DNA of 24,982 nt from a virus (lineage: Duplodnaviria; Caudoviricetes): the IMG/VR virus record IMGVR_UViG_3300022841_000477, positions 1 to 24,982 of that record, one strand, 5' to 3'. Every line of letters begins with the position of its first letter. The first letter of the stretch is position 1. A model generated the notes under the pieces. That model had not been told where the DNA came from and did no database searches. It saw only the letters and a list, made by a program, of their open reading frames with translations. The position numbers were made by a program, and so were the translations under genes. Of this stretch, positions 1 to 7,802 are shown piece by piece.

Positions 1-90
1 TTGCTGAGTACGGCTTTCGCCACTGATGATCATTGCATTGAACAATGCACAACCGAACGATTTGATGGAGTTTTTAATTTTAGTAACCAT
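1..90 (-). CDS. Hypothetical protein, 5' part only (MVTKIKNSIKSFGCALFNAMIISGESRTQQ...), runs off the window
   Basis: Manual translation: ATG at 90-88 preceded by GGAG, open frame to position 1, overlaps the stop of the upstream minus-strand ORF. Confidence 0.55.
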   Translation of the reverse strand, partial: MVTKIKNSIKSFGCALFNAMIISGESRTQQ

Positions 91-253
91 ACTGTGAGCT
101 CCTTAGTGAGCGCTCGTACGTGCGTACTAGCTGTTCTAGGTCTGCTGTGCAGGTAGGGTTCTTGCTCTTAATAAAGAGTTCAAGTTCGCGTTGACGAGAT
201 GTGTCAAACCGAGTTGCAACTCCTTGTAAGAGTGCTTTTAGTTTCTTAAACAT
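80..253 (-). CDS. Small hypothetical protein, 57 aa (MFKKLKALLQGVATRFDTSRQRELELFIKSKNPTCTADLEQLVRTYERSLRSSQYGY)
   Basis: Manual translation, not in the ORF track. SD AAAGGA upstream, and a consensus promoter at 323-351. Confidence 0.7.
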   Translation of the reverse strand: MFKKLKALLQGVATRFDTSRQRELELFIKSKNPTCTADLEQLVRTYERSLRSSQYGY

Positions 254-313
254 TTTTTATTTCCTTTGAATGTGTGTATTATCAGTAGAAACGTTATCAT
301 GGTTTCTACTTAG

Positions 314-351
314 TATTTATACATTATACGCTGCAACCGCACATTTGTCAA
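314..351 (-). promoter_or_regulatory. Leftward sigma70-type promoter plus an adjacent TATAAATA late box
   Basis: Minus strand: TTGACA (351-346), 17 nt, TATAAT (328-323); TATAAATA at 321-314. Confidence 0.75.
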
Positions 352-355
352 GTGG

Positions 356-406
356 TTGCAAAGCACCGTAAACTATTGTATAATAACTTTTAAATATAGT
401 TAAATA
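356..406 (+). promoter_or_regulatory. Rightward sigma70-type promoter and two TAAATA boxes, divergent from the leftward promoter
   Basis: TTGCAA (356-361), 17 nt, TATAAT (379-384); TAAATA at 391-396 and 401-406. Confidence 0.6.
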
Positions 407-426
407 CATTATAATTTGGAAAAGTG

Positions 427-711
427 ATGAAAATTAGAACTAGATCTATCCTACAAGAATTAAATGAAATTGCCGAAGTACGGAACAAGGACGGACTTTT
501 TGAAAGTCGCGCCACTAACATTATCAACTCTGCAATCAATCTGTTAGAAAGCCTGCATAAACATTATGATGCAGATCAAGCAGATGAGCTGGAGCGCCGT
601 TTCATTAACGCTATTAAAGGACAAGATACTGCTAAATTTACTCGCGGTATACGTAAGATAGCAGAATCACGCAAAACAAAGAAATTACTGGAATCAGATG
701 ACAAAAAGTAA
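427..711 (+). CDS. Hypothetical phage protein
   Basis: ORF track 424..711 (GTG at 424 or ATG at 427); overlaps the start of the next gene; no recognised motif. Confidence 0.7.
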   Translation: MKIRTRSILQELNEIAEVRNKDGLFESRATNIINSAINLLESLHKHYDADQADELERRFINAIKGQDTAKFTRGIRKIAESRKTKKLLESDDKK

Positions 712-1519
712 TCTACTACTAGAGGGCGGAAATATTTTTAAAGGCCCAGACAAGCAACCGCTAACACAGCGCATTGCCACTGGCGACGTTGAAAGTACCG
801 TTGCCTATATTGAAAAAATCACAGGCTTGGACTTTACTAAAGAAAAGCAGCTTGATGATAAGAAGCCTGTTAAATGGTTAGGTACTACTGGCCGCAAAGA
901 AGATGCCGATGGCACGTTTGAAAAGAACAGTAGTGGTGATCTTGACCTATCAGTAGATGCAAATGAAGTAGACAAGAAAGAATTTGCCAACAAGCTAATA
1001 GCACAGTTTGGCAAAGAGAATGTTAAACTAACGGGTGACAACGTGCATTGGAAAACTCCAATTGGTGGTGATCCAGCAAATGGGTTCGTGCAAGCAGACT
1101 TCATGTTCTCAGCTAATCCATTGTTCCAACAAGGATCAATGATCGGTGGACAAGGTGCTTACCGTGGCGAACACCGTCACATTGTGTTGAGCTCAATTGC
1201 TCGTGCAAAAGGATTAAAGTACAGTCCTAAGCATGGTTTACTCAGTGCAACTACCGATGAGCTATTGCCAAATGGCAATGACTGGAACCAGATTGCCAAA
1301 GTGCTACTAGGGCAAACAGCCACAGTAAAAGATGTTAAGAGCGTTGACAGCATTTTAGATTACATTAAAAAATTGCCTAACTACGAAGCGCTAATTGCTG
1401 GTGCAAGAGACACATTGGGCAAACAGGGTATCACATTACCTGAAAATATTATATCTTTTGAAAGTGCAATGACTGGAACGCCGGCGTGGTTCCGCAGAAT
1501 GATGGAAGCAACAAAATGA
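698..1519 (+). CDS. Putative nucleotidyltransferase (Pol beta-like superfamily)
   Basis: WLGTTG...SSGDLDLSVD resembles the hG[S/T]...DxD motif; VQADF offers a third acidic residue. Confidence 0.6.
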   Translation: MTKSNLLLEGGNIFKGPDKQPLTQRIATGDVESTVAYIEKITGLDFTKEKQLDDKKPVKWLGTTGRKEDADGTFEKNSSGDLDLSVDANEVDKKEFANKLIAQFGKENVKLTGDNVHWKTPIGGDPANGFVQADFMFSANPLFQQGSMIGGQGAYRGEHRHIVLSSIARAKGLKYSPKHGLLSATTDELLPNGNDWNQIAKVLLGQTATVKDVKSVDSILDYIKKLPNYEALIAGARDTLGKQGITLPENIISFESAMTGTPAWFRRMMEATK

Positions 1520-2631
1520 GAGCATTTGAATTCCTGCGCGAAGCTGAAGCTGCTCCTCCGAAGAAAGTTGGTCGCGAGTTTAACCACTTAGAGGATCTTG
1601 TATTTACAGAGCCTAGTGGTGCTAAACGTGCTGTTGAGATTCTTAAAAGTCTAGCACAAGATGCCAAAGACGTAACGGTCAAGTGGGACGGCAATCCAAC
1701 AGTGTATTGGGGACGTGAAGAAGACGGCACGTTCCGTATGGTTGGTAAGAATAACTGGGGACGTGAAGAAGGCAAGAGCTCTAGCCCTGAAGAACTAAAA
1801 CAGTTTATCCTAAGTAGAGGCAAGGGTGAAGAGTGGCGTGAGAAGTTTGCCAACGATATGGCCAGTCTATGGCCTATCTTCGAAGCAGGTACTCCCAAAG
1901 ACTTCCGTGGTTATATCTATGGTGACATTCTATTCCACCCAGGTAAGCCGTATGAAGGTGCTAATGGGGTGATGAGTTTTACTCCTAACCAGACAACCTA
2001 TTCAGTGAAAGGTGTTAGCGAACTGGGCCGTAGAATTGCCAATGCCAAGATTGCAGTTGCTGCACACAAGGTATTAAATAGTTTCGGAGACAAAGACGGC
2101 GATGATCTCAACGATGTGTCAAGTCTAAACTCTAATGCACAATTAGTAGTATTAGGTCAAACTTATGTTAACCATCAGCCCGCAGTTAATGCAGATAACT
2201 TAGCAGCAATTGCAAAAATTGCTAATAGTAAAAGCGCTCTGATTGACAAGTTCCTAGCACCAGTTGCAGGACTTAGTGATCTAAAGACTATCATTTATAC
2301 CTTTGTTAATAATCAAAGTAAAGCCAAAGCACTAGACAAAATTGCTCCGGAGGTATTCCTTAACTGGTTATCTACTAGCAAAGTTAGTCCTGCTAAACAG
2401 AAGAAGATTATCGATCTAGCAGCTATAAATGCAGGCGCACTCGAAGATATATTTTATCTAGTACGTGAGCTAATGAAAGCCAAGGATGAAATTATCCGTG
2501 AGCTTGATAGTGCAGGAGGCGATGTTGCTGCTAGTACAGGCGGCAAACAAGGCGGAGAAGGCTATATGAGTACAGCAAACGCTGTTAAGCTAGTTCCACG
2601 TGACCGTTGGACGCCGTTTAGAGCCGATTAA
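1516..2631 (+). CDS. Phage protein with ATP-dependent ligase / nucleotidyltransferase-like motifs (DUF6267-like)
   Basis: TVKWDG (KxDG, motif I-like), YGDILF, GEGYM and VKLVPR. Start moved to ATG 1516, which forms an ATGA overlap with the upstream stop. Confidence 0.6.
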   Translation: MRAFEFLREAEAAPPKKVGREFNHLEDLVFTEPSGAKRAVEILKSLAQDAKDVTVKWDGNPTVYWGREEDGTFRMVGKNNWGREEGKSSSPEELKQFILSRGKGEEWREKFANDMASLWPIFEAGTPKDFRGYIYGDILFHPGKPYEGANGVMSFTPNQTTYSVKGVSELGRRIANAKIAVAAHKVLNSFGDKDGDDLNDVSSLNSNAQLVVLGQTYVNHQPAVNADNLAAIAKIANSKSALIDKFLAPVAGLSDLKTIIYTFVNNQSKAKALDKIAPEVFLNWLSTSKVSPAKQKKIIDLAAINAGALEDIFYLVRELMKAKDEIIRELDSAGGDVAASTGGKQGGEGYMSTANAVKLVPRDRWTPFRAD

Positions 2632-2651
2632 ATATGATTTTTTCTCTTTGA

Positions 2652-2659
2652 TATAAATA
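2652..2659 (+). promoter_or_regulatory. T4-type late promoter TATAAATA
   Basis: Exact T4 late consensus, followed by hairpin 2667-2683 and SD AAGGAG. Confidence 0.75.
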
Positions 2660-2705
2660 CTATGCCGACCTCTGAGCGAGGTCATATAATCAAGGAGAAC
2701 ATATT

Positions 2706-3110
2706 ATGGCAGATCTAACATCTTTCGCACAAACCTACAGCAATGCAGGTGCAGCAATTACAACAGCTTACTTACCAGCTAACAACTTCAAAATCACAGA
2801 CGGGTACAATGGTGGTGCTTACGGTACACGTGAACTTTCATTCTTGAAAATTACGTTAACAGGCATTGAGACAACACCAACTATTTCTAGCAGCAATTTT
2901 GTTAAAGCAATTCAAGGTGTACAAAGAATGGCTGAAGTTTATTACGCAGCAGTGTTAACAACTAACGAAGCAATTGTTATTGTTTCTAAAGACACACTAT
3001 CAGCATCAGATACTGCAACTGACGACACAGCAGGCTACGGTCTATTTGAAGCAGCGATCAACGCAGCTACAGGCGGATCAGCAACAGTTACAGCAGCAGT
3101 ATTCGCATAA
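2706..3110 (+). CDS. Ala/Thr-rich small protein, probably a virion structural protein
   Basis: Late promoter, strong SD, Ala/Thr/Gly-rich composition; function inferred. Confidence 0.6.
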   Translation: MADLTSFAQTYSNAGAAITTAYLPANNFKITDGYNGGAYGTRELSFLKITLTGIETTPTISSSNFVKAIQGVQRMAEVYYAAVLTTNEAIVIVSKDTLSASDTATDDTAGYGLFEAAINAATGGSATVTAAVFA

Positions 3111-3130
3111 TTATAAAGGAATAATATATC

Positions 3131-3520
3131 ATGGCAAATTTATACACAAGAGTAGAAACAGTTAACAACGCAGGCGGTACAGCAGCAACTTTTGGTGCCA
3201 ACGCACTAAAAACTGTCATCAGTACTTCTGATGCAGGTACAACAGTTATTGTTTCATTGGCAGGTACAGACTTAACAGACGCTGATATCCAATCAGTTGC
3301 TGGTTACTTGACAACATCACATGGTTCAGCTGGCGATGGCGACTCAGCATTCACAATCGCCGGTGTTGGTACAGTTGACGGTACAGCCTTCGTTAGTGGA
3401 ACCACTGACACTGTATTCCTACGTATCCAAGGTACAGGCGATTTCACCGCAGCTACAGCTGATATGGAAATTGGTGGGTTGACAGTTTCTACTATTGCAA
3501 TCTTTACACCAGCTAAGTAA
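3131..3520 (+). CDS. Ala/Thr/Gly-rich small protein, probably a virion structural protein
   Basis: SD AAAGGA; size and composition similar to the upstream gene; followed by a terminator. Confidence 0.6.
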   Translation: MANLYTRVETVNNAGGTAATFGANALKTVISTSDAGTTVIVSLAGTDLTDADIQSVAGYLTTSHGSAGDGDSAFTIAGVGTVDGTAFVSGTTDTVFLRIQGTGDFTAATADMEIGGLTVSTIAIFTPAK

Positions 3521-3548
3521 TTTTAGTATTTCCTAGTAATAGGAAGTG

Positions 3549-3579
3549 AAGGGTGGAATTTATTTTCCACCCTTTTTTT
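3549..3579 (+). terminator. Intrinsic terminator
   Basis: AAGGGTGGAA / TTCCACCCTT stem followed by a T-run. A second hairpin TTCCTA-GTAA-TAGGAA lies at 3530-3545. Confidence 0.85.
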
Positions 3580-3598
3580 ATCTGCGTAAATATATCTG

Positions 3599-3994
3599 AT
3601 GGCACGATACAAAATAACAACCTTGATTGATATCACTCGTACGAATCCCGACCGTAGTGAAACTGATAAACTAAAATTAAGCCAACAGGCAAACTTTAAC
3701 AGTCTCATACAGGCCATTGGATTACGAGCCAACCCAGAATGGCTAGTTGATCCTAAAATGGTCATAGGGCAGTTGCCGGATCCATTTAACGGCAAGGCTG
3801 CATATTGGTCCTGGGAGTTTGACAGCGAGCGCGACGATGTTTTCCTTGAGGATAATAATCCAGTAGGCTTATTGATTAAGGATCTGCATGGTGTGCCGGT
3901 CATTCCTGATCTTGCAAATACTACGGACATAACTCCTGCTGCGTTTCAAACAGCTAATGGCAATACCAATACCTACGTAGAAATTATCTCGTAG
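3599..3994 (+). CDS. Hypothetical phage protein
   Basis: 131-aa ORF starting 6 nt after TAAATA (3587-3592). Confidence 0.75.
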   Translation: MARYKITTLIDITRTNPDRSETDKLKLSQQANFNSLIQAIGLRANPEWLVDPKMVIGQLPDPFNGKAAYWSWEFDSERDDVFLEDNNPVGLLIKDLHGVPVIPDLANTTDITPAAFQTANGNTNTYVEIIS

Positions 3995-4028
3995 TATTAA
4001 TTTTTTGTAATCGAGTTTAAATACTAGT

Positions 4029-4328
4029 ATGAATACTATAATAAAAAAACTACACTGGCAACAAGTTATGATAGCTGCCAGCATAATGATGTCTGGAGGA
4101 CTAGCATTGTCTCTATGGGCAATTAGTCATCAAAATAACTTACTTGCAATTATCGGTATTACGCTAATAGGAGTGATAGCAATTAGTTGGTGGTTCTGGG
4201 TTATGTATGTGGTTAAGACTTTAATAAATTTCTATACCACTACTGGTAGTGGACTAGTTGAAATAAAATACAGTCTAAGAGACATTAGAAATCTGATGCA
4301 AGACTACGAATCTGCACGACAGAGATAA
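4029..4328 (+). CDS. Two-TM membrane protein
   Basis: Two hydrophobic stretches (VMIAASIMMSGGLALSLWAI; LLAIIGITLIGVIAISWWFWVMYVV); ATG 5 nt after TAAATA. Confidence 0.7.
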   Translation: MNTIIKKLHWQQVMIAASIMMSGGLALSLWAISHQNNLLAIIGITLIGVIAISWWFWVMYVVKTLINFYTTTGSGLVEIKYSLRDIRNLMQDYESARQR

Positions 4329-4420
4329 ATACTGTATCAAAGGCAAACAATAGGCGACTTACAATTTAGGCATATGGCTCGGAGCGAGCACTTGACTTAA
4401 CAAGAGGATACCCAAACAAC

Positions 4421-4660
4421 ATGTCATCGCAAACAACACAATTAGAAAGATCAAGCCTTGAAGCGCATGTAGACTTATGCGCACTACGTTATGAGCAATT
4501 AGACGAACGTCTAATCACTCTAGAAGGCAAAGTAGATATCATGCACAAAGATATTGTAGACGGACAAAAGAGTTTGACCAAAGTAATTATTGGTACAGCC
4601 GGAACAGTAGTAGCAGGGATATTATCAGTAGCAATTGCAGTCTTAATGAAGATGGCGTAA
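4421..4660 (+). CDS. Coiled-coil protein with a C-terminal TM helix (XhlA/holin-like architecture)
   Basis: Heptad-like LDERLITLEGKVD followed by VIIGTAGTVVAGILSVAIAVLM; SD GAGGA. Confidence 0.6.
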   Translation: MSSQTTQLERSSLEAHVDLCALRYEQLDERLITLEGKVDIMHKDIVDGQKSLTKVIIGTAGTVVAGILSVAIAVLMKMA

Positions 4661-4678
4661 TCAACTACTTGGTTAAAT

Positions 4679-4702
4679 AAAGGAGCATGATGCTCCTTTT
4701 TT
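4679..4702 (+). terminator. Intrinsic terminator overlapped by a TAAATA box
   Basis: AAAGGAGCA-TGA-TGCTCCTTT plus a T-run; TAAATA at 4674-4679. Confidence 0.7.
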
Positions 4703-4703
4703 A

Positions 4704-5132
4704 ATGACTGATATTTCTAAACGCCTAGAGCAAACATTACGCTCTGCAATACAAAAGAATCCAATTCTGCCTGTCAAGGTAGCAGACGGCATTCTGGTCG
4801 GCGATGTTAAAATTACCAGCGAAGGATCTTTAAAATTCCTTTGGCAACATGGCGAAATAAAATATAAAGAAATCAGTTTAAATTGTGCCGCAATCAGCTT
4901 GGCAAACTTGCTTGCTAGGCGTAAAAATGTTATACTACAAGATAACATCTACAACGCAGATCAAGAGTATGGCCGTTGGTTTGTAGATAGTCAACTGCTG
5001 CGGTCGCAATATCAACTAGCAACTAACAACCGAGACTACGATAAAGCAGATGTGCTGTGGGCAAAGTACACAGAAAGCAGAAATCGCACCGATAAAACAA
5101 AAATTATAGCAGAACGTTTGTCTTCTTTCTGA
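4704..5132 (+). CDS. Hypothetical phage protein
   Basis: 142-aa ORF in the sense of its neighbours. Confidence 0.7.
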   Translation: MTDISKRLEQTLRSAIQKNPILPVKVADGILVGDVKITSEGSLKFLWQHGEIKYKEISLNCAAISLANLLARRKNVILQDNIYNADQEYGRWFVDSQLLRSQYQLATNNRDYDKADVLWAKYTESRNRTDKTKIIAERLSSF

Positions 5133-5163
5133 ATAAATACTACATCAATCTGGATACTATAAA

Positions 5164-6369
5164 ATGAAAACAACAGATCTTTTTAAAACAAGTGCTAAAA
5201 AACTAAACGAAAGTCTAGCTAAAACATTTGGACAAAAACTAAACCTAGAAAGCTTCGATACACCTAAGCTGGAAGATGCACGTAATAAATTACGTACACA
5301 AATTCACACTGCCCGAACAGAAGGTGGATTCAACGAAAATATTGAAAACGAAGCTCTTTCGCAAGCTCAGTTCATGCACGATGCTATTGTGGCAGAAATT
5401 ATGGATAGAGCAGAGTATATTGTGGGCACTGTAGGAGAAGAAGGGGTTGATGATCTTAGAAGTGCTGTGTTGTCAGCGATACAAAATATTTACAATGGTG
5501 CCCGAGCAGGCGAAGACATGATCGACGATGTTGCTGATGAACTAGGCGATTATTTCAATGATGTAAAACGCAGTAAAGATCAAACACTTCGCCAAGCCTA
5601 TCAATTTATGCGCCAAGAAGGTGCCAATGCCGAAGGCGATCCAGAAATGATGGCACAAGCGGCCAAACAAGCAATTGATATGTTAAGTCAACAAGGTGTC
5701 GAGCAAGGCGTGGAAGAAGGCGATATGAACCGCGCAGCTAAGGGCAATGAGAAGTATGGCAAGGACGGTATGAAAGCATTGGCCAAAGCAGGCCGTGAAG
5801 GTGCTAGTGAAAAGAAATTAGATACTATCCGTGACAAGCACGATAAGTATGACGAAAGCATTGAACAAACAGGAGATAATATGCGCAATTTAAGAGAAGG
5901 TGAAATCCAACAGGCTAGTGCAATCGTCACAGCAAAAACAATGGTTGACAGAGTTGGCCGTTGGATTGAAGAATTAAGCGGCATGGAAAATGACACACTA
6001 CTAACACTAGGTGACAGCATCCGTGACGAAATGGGACAGGAAGCAGCTAAGAACTTTATCTCAGCTTGCGCACCAGCAATCCAATCTGCACTAGAAAATT
6101 TAAAGGCTACACGCGAAGCATTAAGCACTAGCGTTCGTGCGTTGACTGGCGAAGAACAGTCACCGGAAATGTTAGGTGCTGAAGATCCAGAAATGGGCGA
6201 TGTTGCTGAACCAGACGCAATGAATCCAGATGATGCAGGCGACGGTATGGATATGGACGACGAGTTTGGTGCAGCCGATGCAGCAGCAGGTGGTGCCGAA
6301 GAAATGGGCCGTACCCAGCGAGAAAGTATTGATCGCGGTAGCCGTTTGTTAAAAGTACTAGCAGGCTAA
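5164..6369 (+). CDS. Acidic helical protein, probable prohead core / scaffold-like protein
   Basis: Follows ATAAATA (5133-5139). E/D/A/M-rich with a low-complexity acidic C-terminus and several (L/I/V)xE motifs. Function inferred. Confidence 0.5.
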   Translation: MKTTDLFKTSAKKLNESLAKTFGQKLNLESFDTPKLEDARNKLRTQIHTARTEGGFNENIENEALSQAQFMHDAIVAEIMDRAEYIVGTVGEEGVDDLRSAVLSAIQNIYNGARAGEDMIDDVADELGDYFNDVKRSKDQTLRQAYQFMRQEGANAEGDPEMMAQAAKQAIDMLSQQGVEQGVEEGDMNRAAKGNEKYGKDGMKALAKAGREGASEKKLDTIRDKHDKYDESIEQTGDNMRNLREGEIQQASAIVTAKTMVDRVGRWIEELSGMENDTLLTLGDSIRDEMGQEAAKNFISACAPAIQSALENLKATREALSTSVRALTGEEQSPEMLGAEDPEMGDVAEPDAMNPDDAGDGMDMDDEFGAADAAAGGAEEMGRTQRESIDRGSRLLKVLAG

Positions 6370-6370
6370 A

Positions 6371-6643
6371 ATGCGACTATCTAGCATAACTACAGAGAGT
6401 GATTACTCTAGACTTAGAGAGCTTGCTCCTGCAATGGGTGCAGCTCCTGCAATGGGTGCAGCTCCTGTACCGGGTGCAGCTCCAGGCGCAGCTCCTGTTG
6501 CTCAAGATCCCCAGGCAAATGCTAAGATGCAAGCACAACAAGCGTTAGCTCGTGCTGAGCAAAAGAAAGGGATACAGTCTCAAATCGCTGCAACACAAAA
6601 GCAGTTACAAGAATTGCAAAAACAACTGGCGGCGGTAAGATGA
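6371..6643 (+). CDS. Hypothetical protein with Ala-Pro-Gly repeats and a Gln-rich coiled coil
   Basis: APAMGA repeats followed by QKQLQELQKQL. Confidence 0.7.
   Translation: MRLSSITTESDYSRLRELAPAMGAAPAMGAAPVPGAAPGAAPVAQDPQANAKMQAQQALARAEQKKGIQSQIAATQKQLQELQKQLAAVR
6425..6497 (+). repeat. In-frame 18-bp tandem repeat GCTCCTGCAATGGGTGCA (2 exact copies plus degenerate copies)
   Basis: Seen directly; encodes APAMGA-APAMGA-APVPGA-APGA-AP. Confidence 0.85.
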
Positions 6644-7026
6644 GATTTTTTGAATTCGCAGATAGTGATTCCGGAGTTGACAAGTTCATAATGATTCTTA
6701 GGAATTACATTGGACGTGCAGCTAGCAAGAAAGCTTCAGCTAGTCTAAACTGGAATGGATTAGCACAGGTCGCTAAAGCTAACGGTTTCGAGTTTGCTGC
6801 AGATTACGAAACATTTAAGTCGATGTTTGACACTACTCCTGCGTTACAATCTTTAGTTAAAGATTTTAATGATGACGGGATTACATTAAAAGTTCCAGGC
6901 GCACCAGACGACCAAGCACAAAGTCCACAACAAAGTGGCGAGACAAGTCAAGATCAAGTAGACCAAACTGCCGATTCAGCAGCAGCAGGTCAGATGGCTG
7001 CGTCACAAACAATGCCAAAAGTTTAA
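6640..7026 (+). CDS. Hypothetical phage protein
   Basis: 128-aa ORF with an ATGA overlap; begins MRFFEF. Confidence 0.75.
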   Translation: MRFFEFADSDSGVDKFIMILRNYIGRAASKKASASLNWNGLAQVAKANGFEFAADYETFKSMFDTTPALQSLVKDFNDDGITLKVPGAPDDQAQSPQQSGETSQDQVDQTADSAAAGQMAASQTMPKV

Positions 7027-7033
7027 ATCTAGG

Positions 7034-7062
7034 TTGACCGAATAGTATTTTTACTGTATAAT
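7034..7062 (+). promoter_or_regulatory. Sigma70-type promoter of the exonuclease gene
   Basis: TTGACC (7034-7039), 17 nt, TATAAT (7057-7062) with an extended -10 TG. Confidence 0.75.
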
Positions 7063-7069
7063 ATACAGT

Positions 7070-7765
7070 ATGAATACTATTTCTCCACCACCGTTCGTTG
7101 AACGGTACCAATATAAAAACTGTGTCCAAGTAAACGATCCAGTTACTCGCAAGCGTGTTTACAAAACTCCAGACGGTGAAAGCCTTCCAAGCGTTACAAC
7201 TATCCTGTCAGCAACAAAGGATATGACTCATTTGAATGAATGGAAGAAACGAGTCGGCGAAGCTAAAGCACAACAGATTGTAACCGAAGCGTCCGGCGTC
7301 GGAACAGCCATGCATGCCAACCTAGAACGATTCCTGATCGGCGAGCAAAGACAACCGGGTAACAACCCAGTTCACGTACAGGCTAATCAGATGGCTGATG
7401 TTATCATTAAGAATGGGCTGAGTAAAATGAACGAAGTATGGGCTATGGAACAGAGCTTGTACTTTCCTGGACTGTATTCGGGTACAACTGACCTAGTAGG
7501 AGTACACGACGGCGAGCCAGCAGTATGCGATCACAAGCAGACCAATAAGCCTAAGAAAGCTGAATGGGTAGAAGACTACTACTTACAGTTAATGGCTTAT
7601 ATATTAGCACATAACGAAGTCTACGGCACGGACATTCGCAAGGGTGTTATCTTTATGTGTAGCCGTGCTTTTGAATATCAACAGTTTACACTAGAACCTA
7701 AAGACTTTAACAAGTACCAAGATCTTTGGTTAAACAAAGTAGAAGAGTATTACGCTTTGAGATAA
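7070..7765 (+). CDS. PD-(D/E)XK exonuclease (Cas4/MGME1-like phage exonuclease)
   Basis: PSVTTIL, GTAMH, E...YSGTTD...DHK and QLMAY motifs. Confidence 0.85.
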   Translation: MNTISPPPFVERYQYKNCVQVNDPVTRKRVYKTPDGESLPSVTTILSATKDMTHLNEWKKRVGEAKAQQIVTEASGVGTAMHANLERFLIGEQRQPGNNPVHVQANQMADVIIKNGLSKMNEVWAMEQSLYFPGLYSGTTDLVGVHDGEPAVCDHKQTNKPKKAEWVEDYYLQLMAYILAHNEVYGTDIRKGVIFMCSRAFEYQQFTLEPKDFNKYQDLWLNKVEEYYALR

Positions 7766-7802
7766 GCTAAATACTAGAAATAGAAGTTTCTAGGGGAATA
7801 AA

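Noticed and set aside
6425-6497. Tandem repeat as CRISPR or regulatory array
   Set aside because: There are no spacers, and it is an in-frame low-complexity coding repeat.
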